Shown here: piece by piece, positions 1-14,500 of the stretch | How the letters are laid out: the number at the start of each line of letters is the position of its first letter | Position numbering within the stretch: the stretch's first letter is position 1 | Assembly (NCBI GenBank): GCA_964057225.1 | Contig: OZ059894.1 | Location: forward strand, 14,942,001-15,006,000 | DNA length: 64,000 bases | Direction: 5' to 3' | DNA from: Auanema rhodensis | Taxonomy: Eukaryota; Animalia; Nematoda | The notes under the pieces: generated by a model | Told to the model about the DNA's origin: nothing | Seen by the model: the letters and a program-made list of their open reading frames with translations, nothing else | The model's database searches: none | Made by a program: the position numbers and the translations under genes

Positions 1-188
1 TGAAGTATTGAAAAAAGGTGCTTCAGAATTTTAAAATAATTTCAACTAAATAGAGTACTTTGCTATGTATGGAAAAATTGTTAACCTTTTTTCTACTATT
101 TTGTAGTTTAATCATAACATTTTACCACTATTTGAAACTTTCTCAAATTTTAACATTGCATAGCTTTTTTTCAATGAAAAATACTTAC

Positions 189-448
<260 letters not shown>

Positions 449-1505
449 CTATAATTATAAATTTAATAATAGAAACTATAACCATTTATGCATTTAAGTG
501 AGAGGCATTTTTAAATGTATTTATCTTATTTTATGAAATAACACAGGCGTATATGTTAGTTTATACAGTTAATTTTTATTTTTACATAACTTTTAATTCT
601 AACAATACATTAAAAATCGTTTCTCAGGCTTTAAGCCCTGTAGACACAACGTTGATGTTTGAGAAACTCACCAACAAATCAGCCTTCAGCGTGGGCAATC
701 GGTTCAGGACCAATATTCTCCAACCCCCTCATTTAGATTTAAGGAAAATTGAGTTTCATTATTACTCATATCTATTACGACTCTTATTCATGCAGCTTTA
801 TTATATGTATATATTTTAAAATATTGCTTTAATATAAAAATATTATATACTTTCGTTTTTTAAATAATCATCCTAATATTCATATAAAAAAAACATTGAA
901 ATAGCTTCAAAATATATTTTGTTTATTAATTTGTATGCTGGAACAATCCTAACAATATAATTTGTGAATTTTTAAAATTTTCCTTTCTATTGGCGGTTGG
1001 ATGTGAAAGTGATTATGGCATATTTGAAAACGGCTATCGCAAGGTCATCTTTATCCTGTCTTTATTTCACTTGTTTATTCCTTCAATTTTCTGGTTTAAA
1101 ATTTATTATAAACCTGCCATAATGAATTTTTCTTCTCTTATTATGCAATTCCTCCAGTATATGTGGGCTAATATAGACAGGCCACAAAGCAGCTTCCCGG
1201 ATCAGATAAGTGAACGACTCGTTTTCTGTCGCGCAATAGTGCGGTGCAAACATCTGATTGCGTGAACCAGCCTGCTGCCTGAGGCGATGTTTCTGCTACG
1301 CTTCTACCTTTATTGACATTTTGACACTGCCTACCAGTCTTAGCTCAGATTGACGTGTTCTTGTGTGAACTCTCTCTGACTCTTGTAAAATCTTACTATT
1401 CGCTTAATTCAATTTCATCGCTTGAAAAACTTGCCTTTGCGCCAACCATACTTAGTAAGTTCATTTAATTCTTGGATTGTTGTTCAATATCATCATATAG
1501 GATTG

Positions 1506-4500
1506 ATGCTTCCTGATAAAGATCCTCCGTTACCTAATAACCGTCCTGGTATTCGAAATTTTCGACTTCCTCAGAGTAGTCCGCCTGCTATACAGGTAGT
1601 GTACTATACAAAACGCTTCTCTTGTATCATTTTCACTATCTAACGCCACAATAGTTTTCTTGTGTATTCTCAAATCGTTTATATATCTGTTACATTTTTC
1701 TTCGATTGGCTTAATGCTAACTGTTTGTCTTTCTCAATTTCTGGTTGACTTTCCCCCCTATTATTCAGTGAAATGTCAGATCGGAAAAGAAGTCACGGAC
1801 GGTGGAATAATAGGTAAGTTTGTTACCAAAAATTTTTTGATATTGCTCTCTCAGTGTCAAGCAAAAATGTGTTGAAGCTGGTCTTTCGGGCTTGTTTATT
1901 ACTTGTGATGGCCAAGAAAAACAGTCTATTGCCGAGGCTTACAATCTAATTGATTCTATCTTGGATAATCAGCCATGTTCGGTTTCTTATTCTTTTACCA
2001 AAGATGTTTTGTGCTGCTTCAGCTGATGACAAGCAGGTTGATGCAGATGAATCAGCAGATAGTAATGATGAAGACGTAGCTGATTCTATTAAAAGGATCT
2101 GTAACGATACTAGAGAAACCAAATCCAAAGCGAGACGCTGTAAACAAAGACCTACTGGAGTCAAGAATTGCCTTTTTGTCACAGTAAATGGTTGTTTTCT
2201 CTACTTTTCGCTCATTAAAAATGGTTTCCTCAGGAGCTGATATAGTAGATTTGGCAGAAAAACTTGTTGTCAAGGCTCAGGGAGCCCCATGCTGTCGTCA
2301 CTTACAGGCACTTTCTAATGACATCTAAGACTATTTGTAAATATTCATTTTTTGTTCCAGCGTGTCCTTCCTGTAGAAGAAACTGCCACTATTGATTTGA
2401 AAAAATTATCTGAAATGATCACTTCAGTAATTCGAATTTCCTATTTTTAATATCAAATTTCCCGTTTAAGTGTGTGTCTAGACATTTGAAAGCGAAAGAA
2501 GACGGATCATATCCTAGTTACGCTCTCGAGTTTAAGGTATTCCAATCTATGTAATTGGAAATAACCTTTTAAAATTAATTGCTAGACTCGAAACAATGAT
2601 ACCGTAAAGAAAACTGAAGTTCTGGAGATGTTGAATGACGCTATAAACGCCATAGCCCCCTCTGCTAAAGTAGATTTATCTGGTTTGTTGATTGTAAATT
2701 TAGTTTTTGGACGTAACATTTGGATTAAAGGTGCCGAAGTTCTCTTTTATGTGCAAGTTGTTAGAAAAACTTTGATGGTTGGAGGAATGAAAAATTATTT
2801 TAAATTGAGAAAGTATAGCATGAGACCAGCAGAAAAGTCATGATGTAATTGTGATTCATCTTGTTAAACTTTGTTAGTTTTTATTGTTGTTTCAATATAA
2901 ATTGTTGGATATTGCTGAATAGAGTCCGAAAAGTACTGGGATATTTATTCCTATTCAATATCTTTTCTTTTTATTGAGATATGCTTGTTGAAGCGCTTCT
3001 TGTTTTCTTTACGTGACCGGTTCTTTTAAGTGTCTGTCATCATTTGTCTGACGGCAAGAGCAAGTAGTCCTTCTAGTTCCAACTTAACTCATATGAAATT
3101 CTTTTCTTGGACTTTGTAATCTTGATATTTTACTTTTGATGTCATGCATTCAGCATATGATCATATGCTGCGCCATCTGGTGCCAACGGATAGTTTAATG
3201 GGAAGCTCTATCCTATTTAGAGTATCTTCGTCGCTTATTGATCCTTCTCATTTTGTCTCATAATCTTCTTAGTTAAGTATACTCCGTTAACCTCATGTTT
3301 TATGTCCTAATATTTAACTGCATGTTTGCTTTATTAAAAACTCGTCATTATTTCGTATGATTATTATATAATTTTAATTGTTTCGTGTTTCTAGAAGCAC
3401 TTTCTATTTTTGTCTTTTTTATTTAAATTGTTTTTCAGAGAAGGATATATCATTGGTCCGCATCTTCTTCTCATCGTTTAAATAACTGGGAATCATCTCC
3501 TGCTCCTGTTTTATCCGATCCTCCTGAAATTCATAATCGTCGCAGATTTTATGCAGAAACACAGCCCAGACCCATAACTCAAGGTGATATGCCCTTGTTG
3601 TTTTCTTAAATATTTGATCTTGTAGGTGTTTCATCTGGATTAATTTGGAACCCTGCACCTATTCCAAGAATGGAATATGAAAGTTTTGATGATGGTATAT
3701 ACACTTTAATATATTTTTAATTTATATGTCTCACAGAATGTCCTAGTACGTCTACTTCGGTAAAATTAAACTCATTGCCATCACTTGTATCTTCGACATT
3801 TTACAATAATGGTAAACCTTAATTATATTAACGTGGAAAGATTTTGGAAAAAAACATATATGGAGCAAAGCTTTATAAAAATTCTGATGCTCAGTGCAAA
3901 ATGAACATCATGCATGCATGAACCGTTTTCATTGAAATTAATGTCGACTATAATATTATTTCAAAAATTATTTTAAGATTCCAATGGAACTCAAAACCAG
4001 CAAAGTGCATTAGACTCGTATTGTTTCTATGATCAAGGTCATCCTATGGGCTTAATATCGCAACTTGCTGAACTGCGTTCTGATAACACAATGTGTGATG
4101 TTGAGCTAGTGGTTAGAATGGAAAAGCTTTGCCAAAAGTTATACTTATTTCTTTAGGTGGACGGATGTTCTATCATGGCTCATAAATGTGTTTTAGCAGC
4201 AGCTATACCTTACTTTCGAATCATGTTCACAGGAGCCATGATTGAGTCTAGGAAAAACAGAATCACAATTAATGTAAGAATTAGCTGTTTATTTTTAAAA
4301 ACTTTAATTTTATAGGATATTGAATATGAAGCGTTGAAAGCATTGGTGGATTTTGTTTACACAAGCAGTATTCGAATTAACAGTGAAAATGTACAAAATA
4401 TTCTGTTTGCCGCTTCAATTTTGCAGGTTTCATAACACTTCCCATGTAACAAAATTAATTTACTGTTGGCTTAGATGGACAATGTTTGTGGGGCTTGCCA

Positions 4501-6552
4501 ACAATTCTTGTCAAGGTTTTTAACCACTAATAACTGCCTATCAATTCGGCAATTTGCTGAAATACATAATTGTACAGATTTACTTGGGAGTACTGAAGCA
4601 TTTGCCATCGATCACTTCTCCGTAATTGAGTTCGAATAATCTGTAAGGTTGTTGATTTCGTTATTTCAGGAATTGAGAAAGAACGATGAATTTTTACATA
4701 TTCCATTCAATCATTTAGAGAGCTTGATAAAAAGGGAAGACCTTTTAATTAAAAAAGAAAATGAGGTATTATATCTTCATGTTTTTTTTAAAATTTTTTC
4801 TATTATTAGGTATTTGATGCCATCGTTTCATGGGTTGACTGTAAACCTGACGAGAGAAAGAAACACTTTTTTGATTTAATATCCCACCTAAGATGGTCAC
4901 AAATGTCAATTAGGTTTTTAAAAACTATTGTCAAACAAAATAACTATATTAATGTAAATATTGTAATAGCTTGCTAATACAAAAGCTTATTCTTTAGGAA
5001 GACTTTCGGTGTAAAGAGCTTGTTTCTGAGGCTGCCTTAGAAATGCTTACTTCTCAGGACCTATTGGTGCCCTTGCCTCAAAAAGTTATTAATCAGGAAA
5101 ATGGGGACCAATATGCTGCATCGTCTTCTGTATGTTATTTCGATTATTTTTGCAAGTATCATATATTTATCATAGACTAATGAGCCCATTAATATTTCAA
5201 AACCATTCCATAATAGAATAGCTCCAAGAAAATCTCTTGCTGGTGTTATATTCTGTGCTGGTGGTAGAGGTACTTGTTCATTTATTAAGCTTAGACTCAA
5301 TTTGATTTTGAAGGAACTGTTGGAGTACCCTTCAGAACAGTGGAAGCTTATGATTGGAGAAAAAACAGCTGGATAGCAGTACCAGAAATGATTCAACAAC
5401 GTAGACATGTTGGGGTGGTTAGTGCTCAGGGAAAATTGTAAGTAAAATATCTTATACGTTAGCTTTAACGGGGATACATATTATAGATATGCCATTGGAG
5501 GGCATGATGGGCATGTTCATTTAGATTCAGCTGAGGTTTTTGATCCTGAAATTGGTGTTTGGAGATCCATAGCTCCGATGCATACAAGTAGAAGGTGAGT
5601 TCTTATTTTCTTCAAAGAAGCTATTTGTTCTAACCACTGCAAATATATTAATGCTTAGGGGAATTGCTGTTACGGGGCTTGATGGGGCTATATATGCTGT
5701 TGGTGGATTGGATGATCATACATGTTTCCCTGTATGTTACGAGGTTTTCTTTCAATGTTTAACTCTTGTCTTTGAAGACGGTAGAACGCTATGATATTGA
5801 GTTGGATCAGTGGACGGAAGTAGCTCATATGTGCAGCCATCGAGGTGGTGTTGGAGTTACAGCATTCAGTACGTATTTTCTCTCATTTCTATCAAATAAT
5901 CACCTTTCAGGAAATTACCTCTTTGCCATTGGTGGTAATGACGGAACACATTCTTTAAATTCTTGCGAACGTTATGATCCTTTGTTGAACAAATGGAAAA
6001 TGATCAAGAGTATGTGCAATAGAAGGTAAAATTTAGTTCAAAATATATATTTATGCAACTTATAAAATTTCAGAGCAGGTGCTGGTGTATCAGTATTGAA
6101 CGGGTTTCTCTACGCTGTTGGAGGCTTTGATGACAATGCACCTTTAGCGACATGTGAGAGATATAATGTGATCACAGATACCTGGGAATCGCTTGATAAT
6201 ATGAGCTGTCCCAGAGGTAAAGTTCAATACCTTCGTTCTCATTAACTTATTTTTTTTGTTACAGGTGGCGTCGGTGTTGCATCCATGGGTGGACTTCTAT
6301 ATGCTATTGGTGGTCACGATGGTGTTAAGTATTTGAATACTGTTGAATGTTATGATCCATATCTTAATCGTTGGTCTCCTGTAGCTGATATCAAAGAGTG
6401 TCGAGCAGGAGCCGGGGTAGCTTGGGCTGATGTCAGGTTTGTGTTCTTAAAGCATTTTGGTCTTTTAATCGTTGTGTTCTAGAATCGATGATATCCAACC
6501 TCGACAAATGGATAGTGTTTGTGGCCCATTTGGAGCTGGACAATGTATATAA
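1506..6552 (+). CDS. kel-8: BTB-BACK-Kelch protein, KLHL8/KEL-8 orthologue (multi-exon)
   Basis: BTB motif (MCDVELVVDG...HKCVLAAAIPYFRIMFTG), BACK region, and Kelch repeats (RKSLAGVIFCAGGRG, RRHVGVVS, YAIGGHDG, RRGIAV, GGLDD, RGGVGV, GGNDG, RRAGAGV, GGFDDNAPL, CRAGAGVA) closely follow KLHL8. Stop TAA at 6550-6552. The body from 3439 is secure; the first exon 1506-1595 (MLPDKDPPLPNNRPGIRNFRLPQSSPPAIQ, phase 0 into RRIYHW at 3439) is inferred. Confidence 0.9.
1773..2843 (+). CDS. THUMPD1: THUMP domain-containing protein 1 (Tan1/THUMPD1-like tRNA acetylation adaptor)
   Basis: Spliced translation MSDRKRSHGRWNN..GLFITCDGQEKQSIAEAYNLID..acidic linker..TGVKNCLFV..RHLQRVLPVE..YALEFKTRNN..KVDLS..VQVVRK..NYFKLRKYS. 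TTATTCAG acceptor 4 nt upstream of the ATG. Confidence 0.88.
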
Positions 6553-8509
6553 TGTCAAATCTGTACATATGAGCATGTCATATAAGAACAGATGCTTTGA
6601 AATCATGTGCCATGCAAGCTTGAAAGTTTTACTGTTCTTTGATACAGTGTTCATAATATTTCTTTTTAATGTTTTTTCTTTCATAGCTTCGCATAGATCT
6701 TTCTATTTTTGTTTTCTCAAGTTTTATCATTTACACTTACTCATACCTTGCTGGTTTTCTCTTCGGTGCGTTTATTAGTTTTTGAAAATTCTAGTTGTGT
6801 TTCATCTCCTAACATGGAAAAGTAAATGAATTGTATTCAGTTTGAATTCTCTTTCTCTAGGATGTTTTTAGAATTCGAGGGCGGCGCATGACTAAACTGC
6901 CAATTTGCATTCTGCATAATTGGCTTCTTTTGTTTGGCGCCACGACAAATTTTTCGAATTGTTAGACTTTACAGCGGTTATGATAGTAGCATATCTTAAT
7001 GATATTTTCCGACAATTCAGTAGATTCATGTTCATAACATGTACGTGAATACTGCTTGCCCTCCCAGTAATCAGATGCACACACTGCATTCTTTGGGAGA
7101 ATTGGCCGTTCAGATAATGCTTCGTGGGAGAATACCCTGAGGGTTGGAAGGTGATTAAGATCTACATCACATGCACATGCACATACACCAAGGAATAAAC
7201 AGATAGAACAGAAAAGGAAGAACGAAGAATAGAAGATAGAAAACAATTTACACCTTATCCGGTAATGAAAACGATAATCCCAAAGGAGATGGTCATCCTT
7301 CTTTCAAAATAGTTTCGTCTCGTCAATAGTTCTATCGTATATTTGAAAGAATCAAAGTTTAACGTATATCTCCGAATCATTTAAATAGGAGTCGTCTAAG
7401 TTTTGCAACTTTTGCTTTTTTGCATATTCCTTTCAGTTCTTCGAACGTTGCTTCTTCAAAACACTCAACAACGTGCAGACCTACCACTTCCAAAAAAAAT
7501 GTCAGCTGATTGAGATATATAGAATGTTAATAAGGTCGTGACGAAAAGTTTCTTAATCTTTCCTTTCTACCTCTTCCGTCTTTTCATGCCTCTCCCTTTT
7601 TCTCTCTTTCCCAGACACTCTCGTTGCCATTTTCAACCAGTAACTACATCAGCTCACTTCCCTGTAATTGTCAATAAGGAGCCATTTCCTGTCCGTCACA
7701 TCCTCTTTTCTCTTTATTTTTCTCTCTAATGCTCTCACTTCTTCTCAATTTTCTTGCCTATCCTCGTCTCCATCTTGTCTCTCAACCCTTTCCACTCCTC
7801 TGCCGAAAGCTAATTTTCATATTACCACCCCTCCCTCCCCTTCTTCTTCCTCTCTTTATATTCCCTGCTATCTCTTACTTTTTCTTCATCTTCCTTCATT
7901 TTTCTCTTTTGCACTACTGCTAGTCACTTTCCTTGTAAAAGGAAGCCCGTTGATCGGTTTGACCACGACCTGGTCTCAGTCATCTTTGCAATAAACTCAT
8001 CATTTTCATCTTCCTGTCTTGTTTCTCTTGCGTTTGCATAGTTGATCATTTCCCGATCTTCCACCCTCTACGCTCATTTTCTTCATCACTTAATTTTTCC
8101 CTCAACCATGCTCTGATGCTTAACTTATCCACTTGGCTACCAGCCAATTTTCACCCCGACTCTTAAATTGGAAGTTGTCATTCATTATGAGTTGCTGGAA
8201 GTTTATATCTTTCTCCCATACTCATAATTTTGTATTTTAATGAATTATACCCTTTGAACGTTTTAAGCCTTATTATCATTTGTGGTTGTTGTCTAAAAGT
8301 CACTGAAATTCCAGAATATTTTTGTTTTTGTTGTTCTAGCTTTTCACATATTAGGTTGCAATCTCTGTATACATACATATATGTATATCTATGACATACT
8401 TCTGAATTCGTCTGATGTATAGCTAACATTTCTTCCCAAAGTTTAGATGATCTCAGTCGACTTTTTCCTATTCGTCTAGAGCACTGAGACCAAGAAAGCC
8501 TAATCCACT

Positions 8510-11500
8510 ATGTCAACCCGAGATTCGGAGGATGTAACTGTCATTCGATTTACCGTACCATCCACTGATGGTACGGCAACAAGATCTTCAACATCATCTT
8601 CTGCAATTTTTCAACTGCGGCTGGGTTTATGCATCGCTTTTCTGCTTATTGCTATTGGTCTATATTTGATTCTTCTTCATCCGAGTGGTTCTTCATCATC
8701 TGACGCTTCTACGGAAACCGATAATCTGCCTGTCGGAAACGTCATTCCGACTGATCTACTAGAAGATTCAGCACTGAATGTCGAAGAGCTAGAAGAATAT
8801 GAAGCAGCTTATAGTTTTCTGAACGATACCCACGATCGGCATCAGATTCCGCTGTTCAACTTGCCTTTGGTCTATATGATGGAATTAAAATTTTTTCTTC
8901 CTTGGAAACCGTGGGTTTCAAAGTATTCAAATGAATAAATTAATCTTATAAACCTATAGATCTGTGGATTTCGGTGTTGAAAACTACACTATGCATGGAA
9001 AATCACGAATGTTATTCACAGTTGCTAAAACAAACAAACGGGTACAGGTTTGTGAAAAACGTTACGTTTTTTCAAAGTTATATCCCTTACGTGAAATTTA
9101 CGTGAAATACGTGTGCCATGTCGGTTAAACGTTTACGTGGTCATATTATGTTCATTTAAAAAAATTTTTAAGCTTCTATCCGGTTGAATTTAATTTTTTT
9201 TAAATTTTGTTTTAATATTATGTCTCCAGGTGCATACTCTTGAGCTACATGTTGGAGAAGTAACATTGGAAGATGATTTTGGACGTCATGTTCCTATTGA
9301 ACAAGTATTGTTTCCCAATATACTATGAAAAAGTTATTTTTGTTTCTTTATAGATTTCTCGAGAGTATCCTCATGTACTCGATGTACATACAACTAATCT
9401 TTTAGTAGAAAATATGAACTATACTTTATTTATCTCATTTACCGGCAAAATTAGTCGTAAAAGTGGAGCAGGTATATTCTCATCTCCATATCAAGCAGAT
9501 GGTCAAGAAAGGTTTCTCTAGATATAACTAAGTTCCGGTTTAATATACTCATTGACAGACAGTTACTCTCAACACATGGTCAAACGCAACATGCTCGGCG
9601 CATTTTTCCATGCATAGACAACCCTGAGGCTAAAGCTCGATTTGAAGTGAAGGTGATTCACCCGCACGGAACAACTGCTGTTAGCAATGGAATGGAAAAC
9701 AATTCAAGTACAGATGGGTAATTTGATATACAATTTGTCATTAATCTGATAAATTCATATATTTAAGTGAATGGACAACCACATGGTTTCAACAAAGCCC
9801 CATGATGTCTACATACTTGTTTGCATTGGCAGTTAGTGACTATTTATATCGGGAAACGATTCGAAATGGTGTTAGAGTAAGTGGCTATTCATATTTTTCA
9901 AACATAGCTAACACTCAAAAGATCATATTTTCTTCTTTTAGCTCCGTGTTTATGTTCCAAGTTCAAATATTGAAGATGCTTCATTAGCTATGGAATGCCT
10001 TCCCCGTATTCTTGACTTCTATGAAGATTATTTCCAAATGCCCTGCCCTATTGACAAATTAGGTATGTGGTTTTTATATTAACAACGGATAGTTAATTTT
10101 CTTATTTTACTATCAAAAATAGAAAATGATCAGAAAAAATTCAGAACATTAATATTGAACATATATTAAACATGATTCAATTGAAAAAAATTATAATATT
10201 TCTCACCAGAAATAGGCTAGCTGGCAACCCGCATATGTTTTTCTGTCTCCGAAAATGTTTCGAGAACCTTATCAAGCTAATCCAAGTTCAATTATACGAA
10301 CTATATGTTGACAAAGTAATAACATCCAGCCCGTATGAACATTATGTTGACGATCACGCTCATTTGTAAAGATGACAACCTGAATATTAAGCATTATTGT
10401 ATCAACCATATACTAAGCACTAATAACCTGTATATCATTATGTGTATATGCTATAGCTTCAACTCCAGTCAATGATCCCAAATGATAAAGTCCTCCAGAT
10501 GAATCTGGAGAAAATGACAAAAAATTAAAATAATCCTAATCAGACAGCTCATTTTCATATATTTTGGCTGTTTGAGACATATCATTTATGAAAATCGTTA
10601 CCAATTTGAATGCCTAAACCATGACTTGCTGACAGACGATTTCTCAAAGTCAAAATCACATATTCGTTATTTCGACCAGACTCCAAGTGTTGGAATAATT
10701 TGGCAAGCTTAAAATATTATTATATTTAATGCTCATAAAATATGAAAATCAGAGAACAAATTCAAAAAAACTCACGTCTTCAGCTCGAAAAACCCAACCA
10801 GCTGCTGAATCGAGTAAGTAGGGATTCCAATGTTCATAAGGATTTGCATTATCATGTGAATAATACATAACCTAGAAAAGCAGAAATTATTCAAGAAGTT
10901 CGGTATTCATACGTATTGAGAGTATTATCTTCGTTTATTTGTTTTGAATAACTGTGTTATGGCAACAACTTACTTCATCTTCTCCTGATGTATTTCCTCC
11001 TATTCTGGCATCAGTATTCAATGGCCATAGTATATTATGACGTACAAAATCTTCATATGTTTCTCCAGAAACCTAAAATATCAAGTTCAAAAAGTTCTGA
11101 ATAACAAAGAAAAAAATTGAAGATCTGACCTTTTCGATTATTCGTCCAAGAAATACATATCCAATATTTGAATAGACAAATGCTTGTCCTGGAACATTTA
11201 TTGGTACATATGATTGAACCAGAAATTGAAGGAAATCGATTTGACTTGTTTCTATTCTGAAAATGTATTTTTATCAATCTACAAGTTGTTATGGATCAAA
11301 CCTATCGAATTCTCGTTGTAGAAGATGACTCCATCCACCTGAACTATGCTCCATTAGATGACCTATCGTCATTTGTTGTAAAAATGGGTGAACTTCAAAT
11401 GAATTCAAAATACCTAAAAACTTTGCTTTTCAAACTCAAATTGTACATAAATGAAATTCATTTATCATACCCCGTTTTCCAAAAACTAATGTTCTCATTG

Positions 11501-14500
11501 ATAATTTGCCTTGTGAGATCAATTTAGCTATTGCCATAGCCGTAAGTGTTTTCGATATCGATGCTATACGATATCGGTTAGTTGGTAAAGCCTATAAAAG
11601 GTGTTTTGAAGATGAATAATGCAATTTCTTTAGCAGAATTTCAAATTTATTACCCTTTTCTTGAGTAATAGATCGGAAAACCCATAAGCAGTACTAAAAC
11701 GAGTTTGCCCAGCTTTAGAGATGTGTATATTAATTGATGGTAATTCAAATTTTCTCATCTGAATCAATGAATGATCATTAAAGTTTTTTGTCATGTGATT
11801 TATATACGTGGGATTCTATTAAAGATTCTACATCACCCCATTCTCTAGATGAAACACCATATGATCTGGGGATTTCACGATTTCTCCATGTAAATTCACT
11901 TCCTCGCCAGATTATCCAAAATTCTTTGTTCTCTCTTGAGGACATTCTAAAAATTAAAATTATATATTTCTAAACATAGTAAATCTGGCTGTGTTAACCG
12001 TGGTTTGCTAGCGAAAAGTGCAGGTTGAAGGCTACTTTTGGACATATAGTTTGTCATTTCATTTAACAGATCCCCTTCCTGTATCTGATATCTTGAAAAT
12101 AAGAATAAAATCCAATGTTTTCAAAGTACTCTTTAAAATACCTGATGCCAAATCCTTTTCTCCAAATTGAGAGAACCATCGTTGTTTTATTTCTCACAAA
12201 AACCTGGAAAAAATAATGTTTTCATTCTTTTATGCTTGTCCGCATAAATCACGGACAAGTGTGATCCACATAAAGTTTTTTCGATTCTCTCTAGAATCTT
12301 GGCTAGTTTTTTCTATGTTAAAACAACATCTGATTCATATTTTTCCCTTTCATCTACTTTCTCCGAAAGAAAAAATCGAATTAGTGCTATGAAATCCAGT
12401 ATGATTAAACATTGGCAAAGCGCCTTATCTGTCAAATAGATGTCAAGATATGAATAGTTTAGTGACAATTATAGATTCTTGCATAATAAGATATTTTCAT
12501 ATAGAAAGAAATTGAGAGATAGAGAGAGTGATAGAGGAAAATTAAGAAAGCGATTAAGCTTGAGACAGTGAATTACCGACCTGCCAACAATCCGGAAAAT
12601 ATCCATTTTTCGTCATATTCCTTTGTACCGAATCCATCTGCTTTAGAGGCTGGGAGAGGATAATGAAGTGACGCAATCGACGAGGTTTCCTTTTCCAGAC
12701 TGCACTGTCATAAGCTCGATAATACTGATAGATCATGTCTGGCAAGACAAAAATTGCCATTTAAGGCTTCTTACCTGAACTTTTGGCCAGATCTATCCGC
12801 TGAGATGAATAAAGGATCTGCTCTGATTCCGGTCATTTTATCAGCTTCCACGTGTAGCTCGTCCAGACTCATTTCCATCTTCACAACGTAATCTCCAGAT
12901 TCCTCACGAACATTGAGAATGTAAAATTCATCTTCGAGATATGTATACGCGAGTACGGATTCTGGGTTCATCTGTTGACTCAGTAGATTCACATCATCCT
13001 TTCGTAAATGTACAAAACTAGCTGAGCCTACGGTCTTCGGAACAGCAACATATTCTGGATAAACGGTACTACCGTGTACCGGATAAACATGATATCCAGT
13101 AAAATTTCGAGTTTCCCAAATTTCGGATAATGTCAGTTTTTGAATTCTGCGATCTGAATCCAGACGCTGCTGTATCATCGACGGTGAGGTATCATTAGAG
13201 GCTTGGCAAAGAGATTGGCAGAAAAGCATAAATGATATATACACGATAAGCACATTATATAAAAATCTTGAAGAAACCCAACAGAAACTGAAATATCGCC
13301 CGCAGATAGGACCGGACCGCATGGAAATAATCCACAGAAATGTAGTCGAGCGCTAACTGTGAATATAAGGGGCTTGACGGTAGTTGCTTAGCTCAACAAC
13401 GATAACGAAAGCGATGGTTGATGGCTGATGGCTGATGATGATGTTGATGATGACGACGACGACGACAACGATGAAGGAGAAAGCTAATGGTTGTGATCAG
13501 TGTTTTCCTCCTAGCTTTCTTTCTTTCTCTGATCGACTGTCCTTGCTTCCTTCTACACTTATGCCTAACTGTTTTCGTCTCTAGATTCACATTCTATTCC
13601 AAATGCTTTATCAAGCAATCCTTTTCAAAAGAAAGCTTGTTGGTTGGTCTGGCCACTAGGATGCTTGTCAACTGATCAAGCTATATCAGGACAAAAGCTG
13701 ATTGTGTGGTGTTGGTTGTGGCCTCTAAAAACCAGCTCATAGACATTGCAGACATTATATTGAAAGGATATATGAATGACTTCACGATTAAGATTTCTAA
13801 AGTTGCAAAACACAAGCAACGACATTTCCATGAAGTGAAAAAACAAGTACAGTTTTTGAACATAGCTGTAGTTAAAGCTTTTATAATTTAAAAAAATTAA
13901 GAAAACTTTTAAAGCATTTCCTAAAACTTGGTTAAGAATGACATGATTATGATCAGAAAGTGCGAAAACTTTCTAATTTCTTAATCGATCTGATTGCATC
14001 TTAACATTGATTTGATAATGTTTACAAAAAAAAACAAAAGTGAAAGCTAGTGAGTGGCTGATGAATTTTTATCCCAAACATCTAGGATTTCATAAGGGAA
14101 ATCTTAGTAAACTGAACTTATGTTGAATTTCTTTCAGATATTTATGCTGTACCAAATTTGAAAGTTTTGGCAATGGAAAACTGGGGTTCGAGAGGATATT
14201 AAACTAATTATAACATAATTAACACATTTCAGGATTAATAATGGTTCGATCGCAACAACTTTTTTATAATCGACACGTAACTGGTCCTGCAGAGAAAAAA
14301 GTTACATTTGAAGTATTAGCTCATGAAATTGCTCATCAAGTGAGAAAAAAAAAGAAGAAAAAAAATAAACAAATTTAATTTTTAAGTGGTTCGGAAACTT
14401 GGTTACAATGAAGTGGTGGAATAATCTTTGGCTTAATGAAGGCTTTGCAACAATGATGGCTCACAAAGCAGTACTCAAACTATTTGGACCAATTGTAACG

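Noticed and set aside
6962-7246. Minus-strand 94-aa ORF resembling a Cys-rich secreted peptide
   Set aside because: It starts at TTG with no in-frame ATG and no convincing upstream acceptor; the hydrophobic start derives from T-rich low-complexity DNA.
7538-7994. Overlapping Ser/Leu/Phe-rich ORFs
   Set aside because: Translation of a pyrimidine-rich tract upstream of the aminopeptidase; likely outron or promoter DNA.
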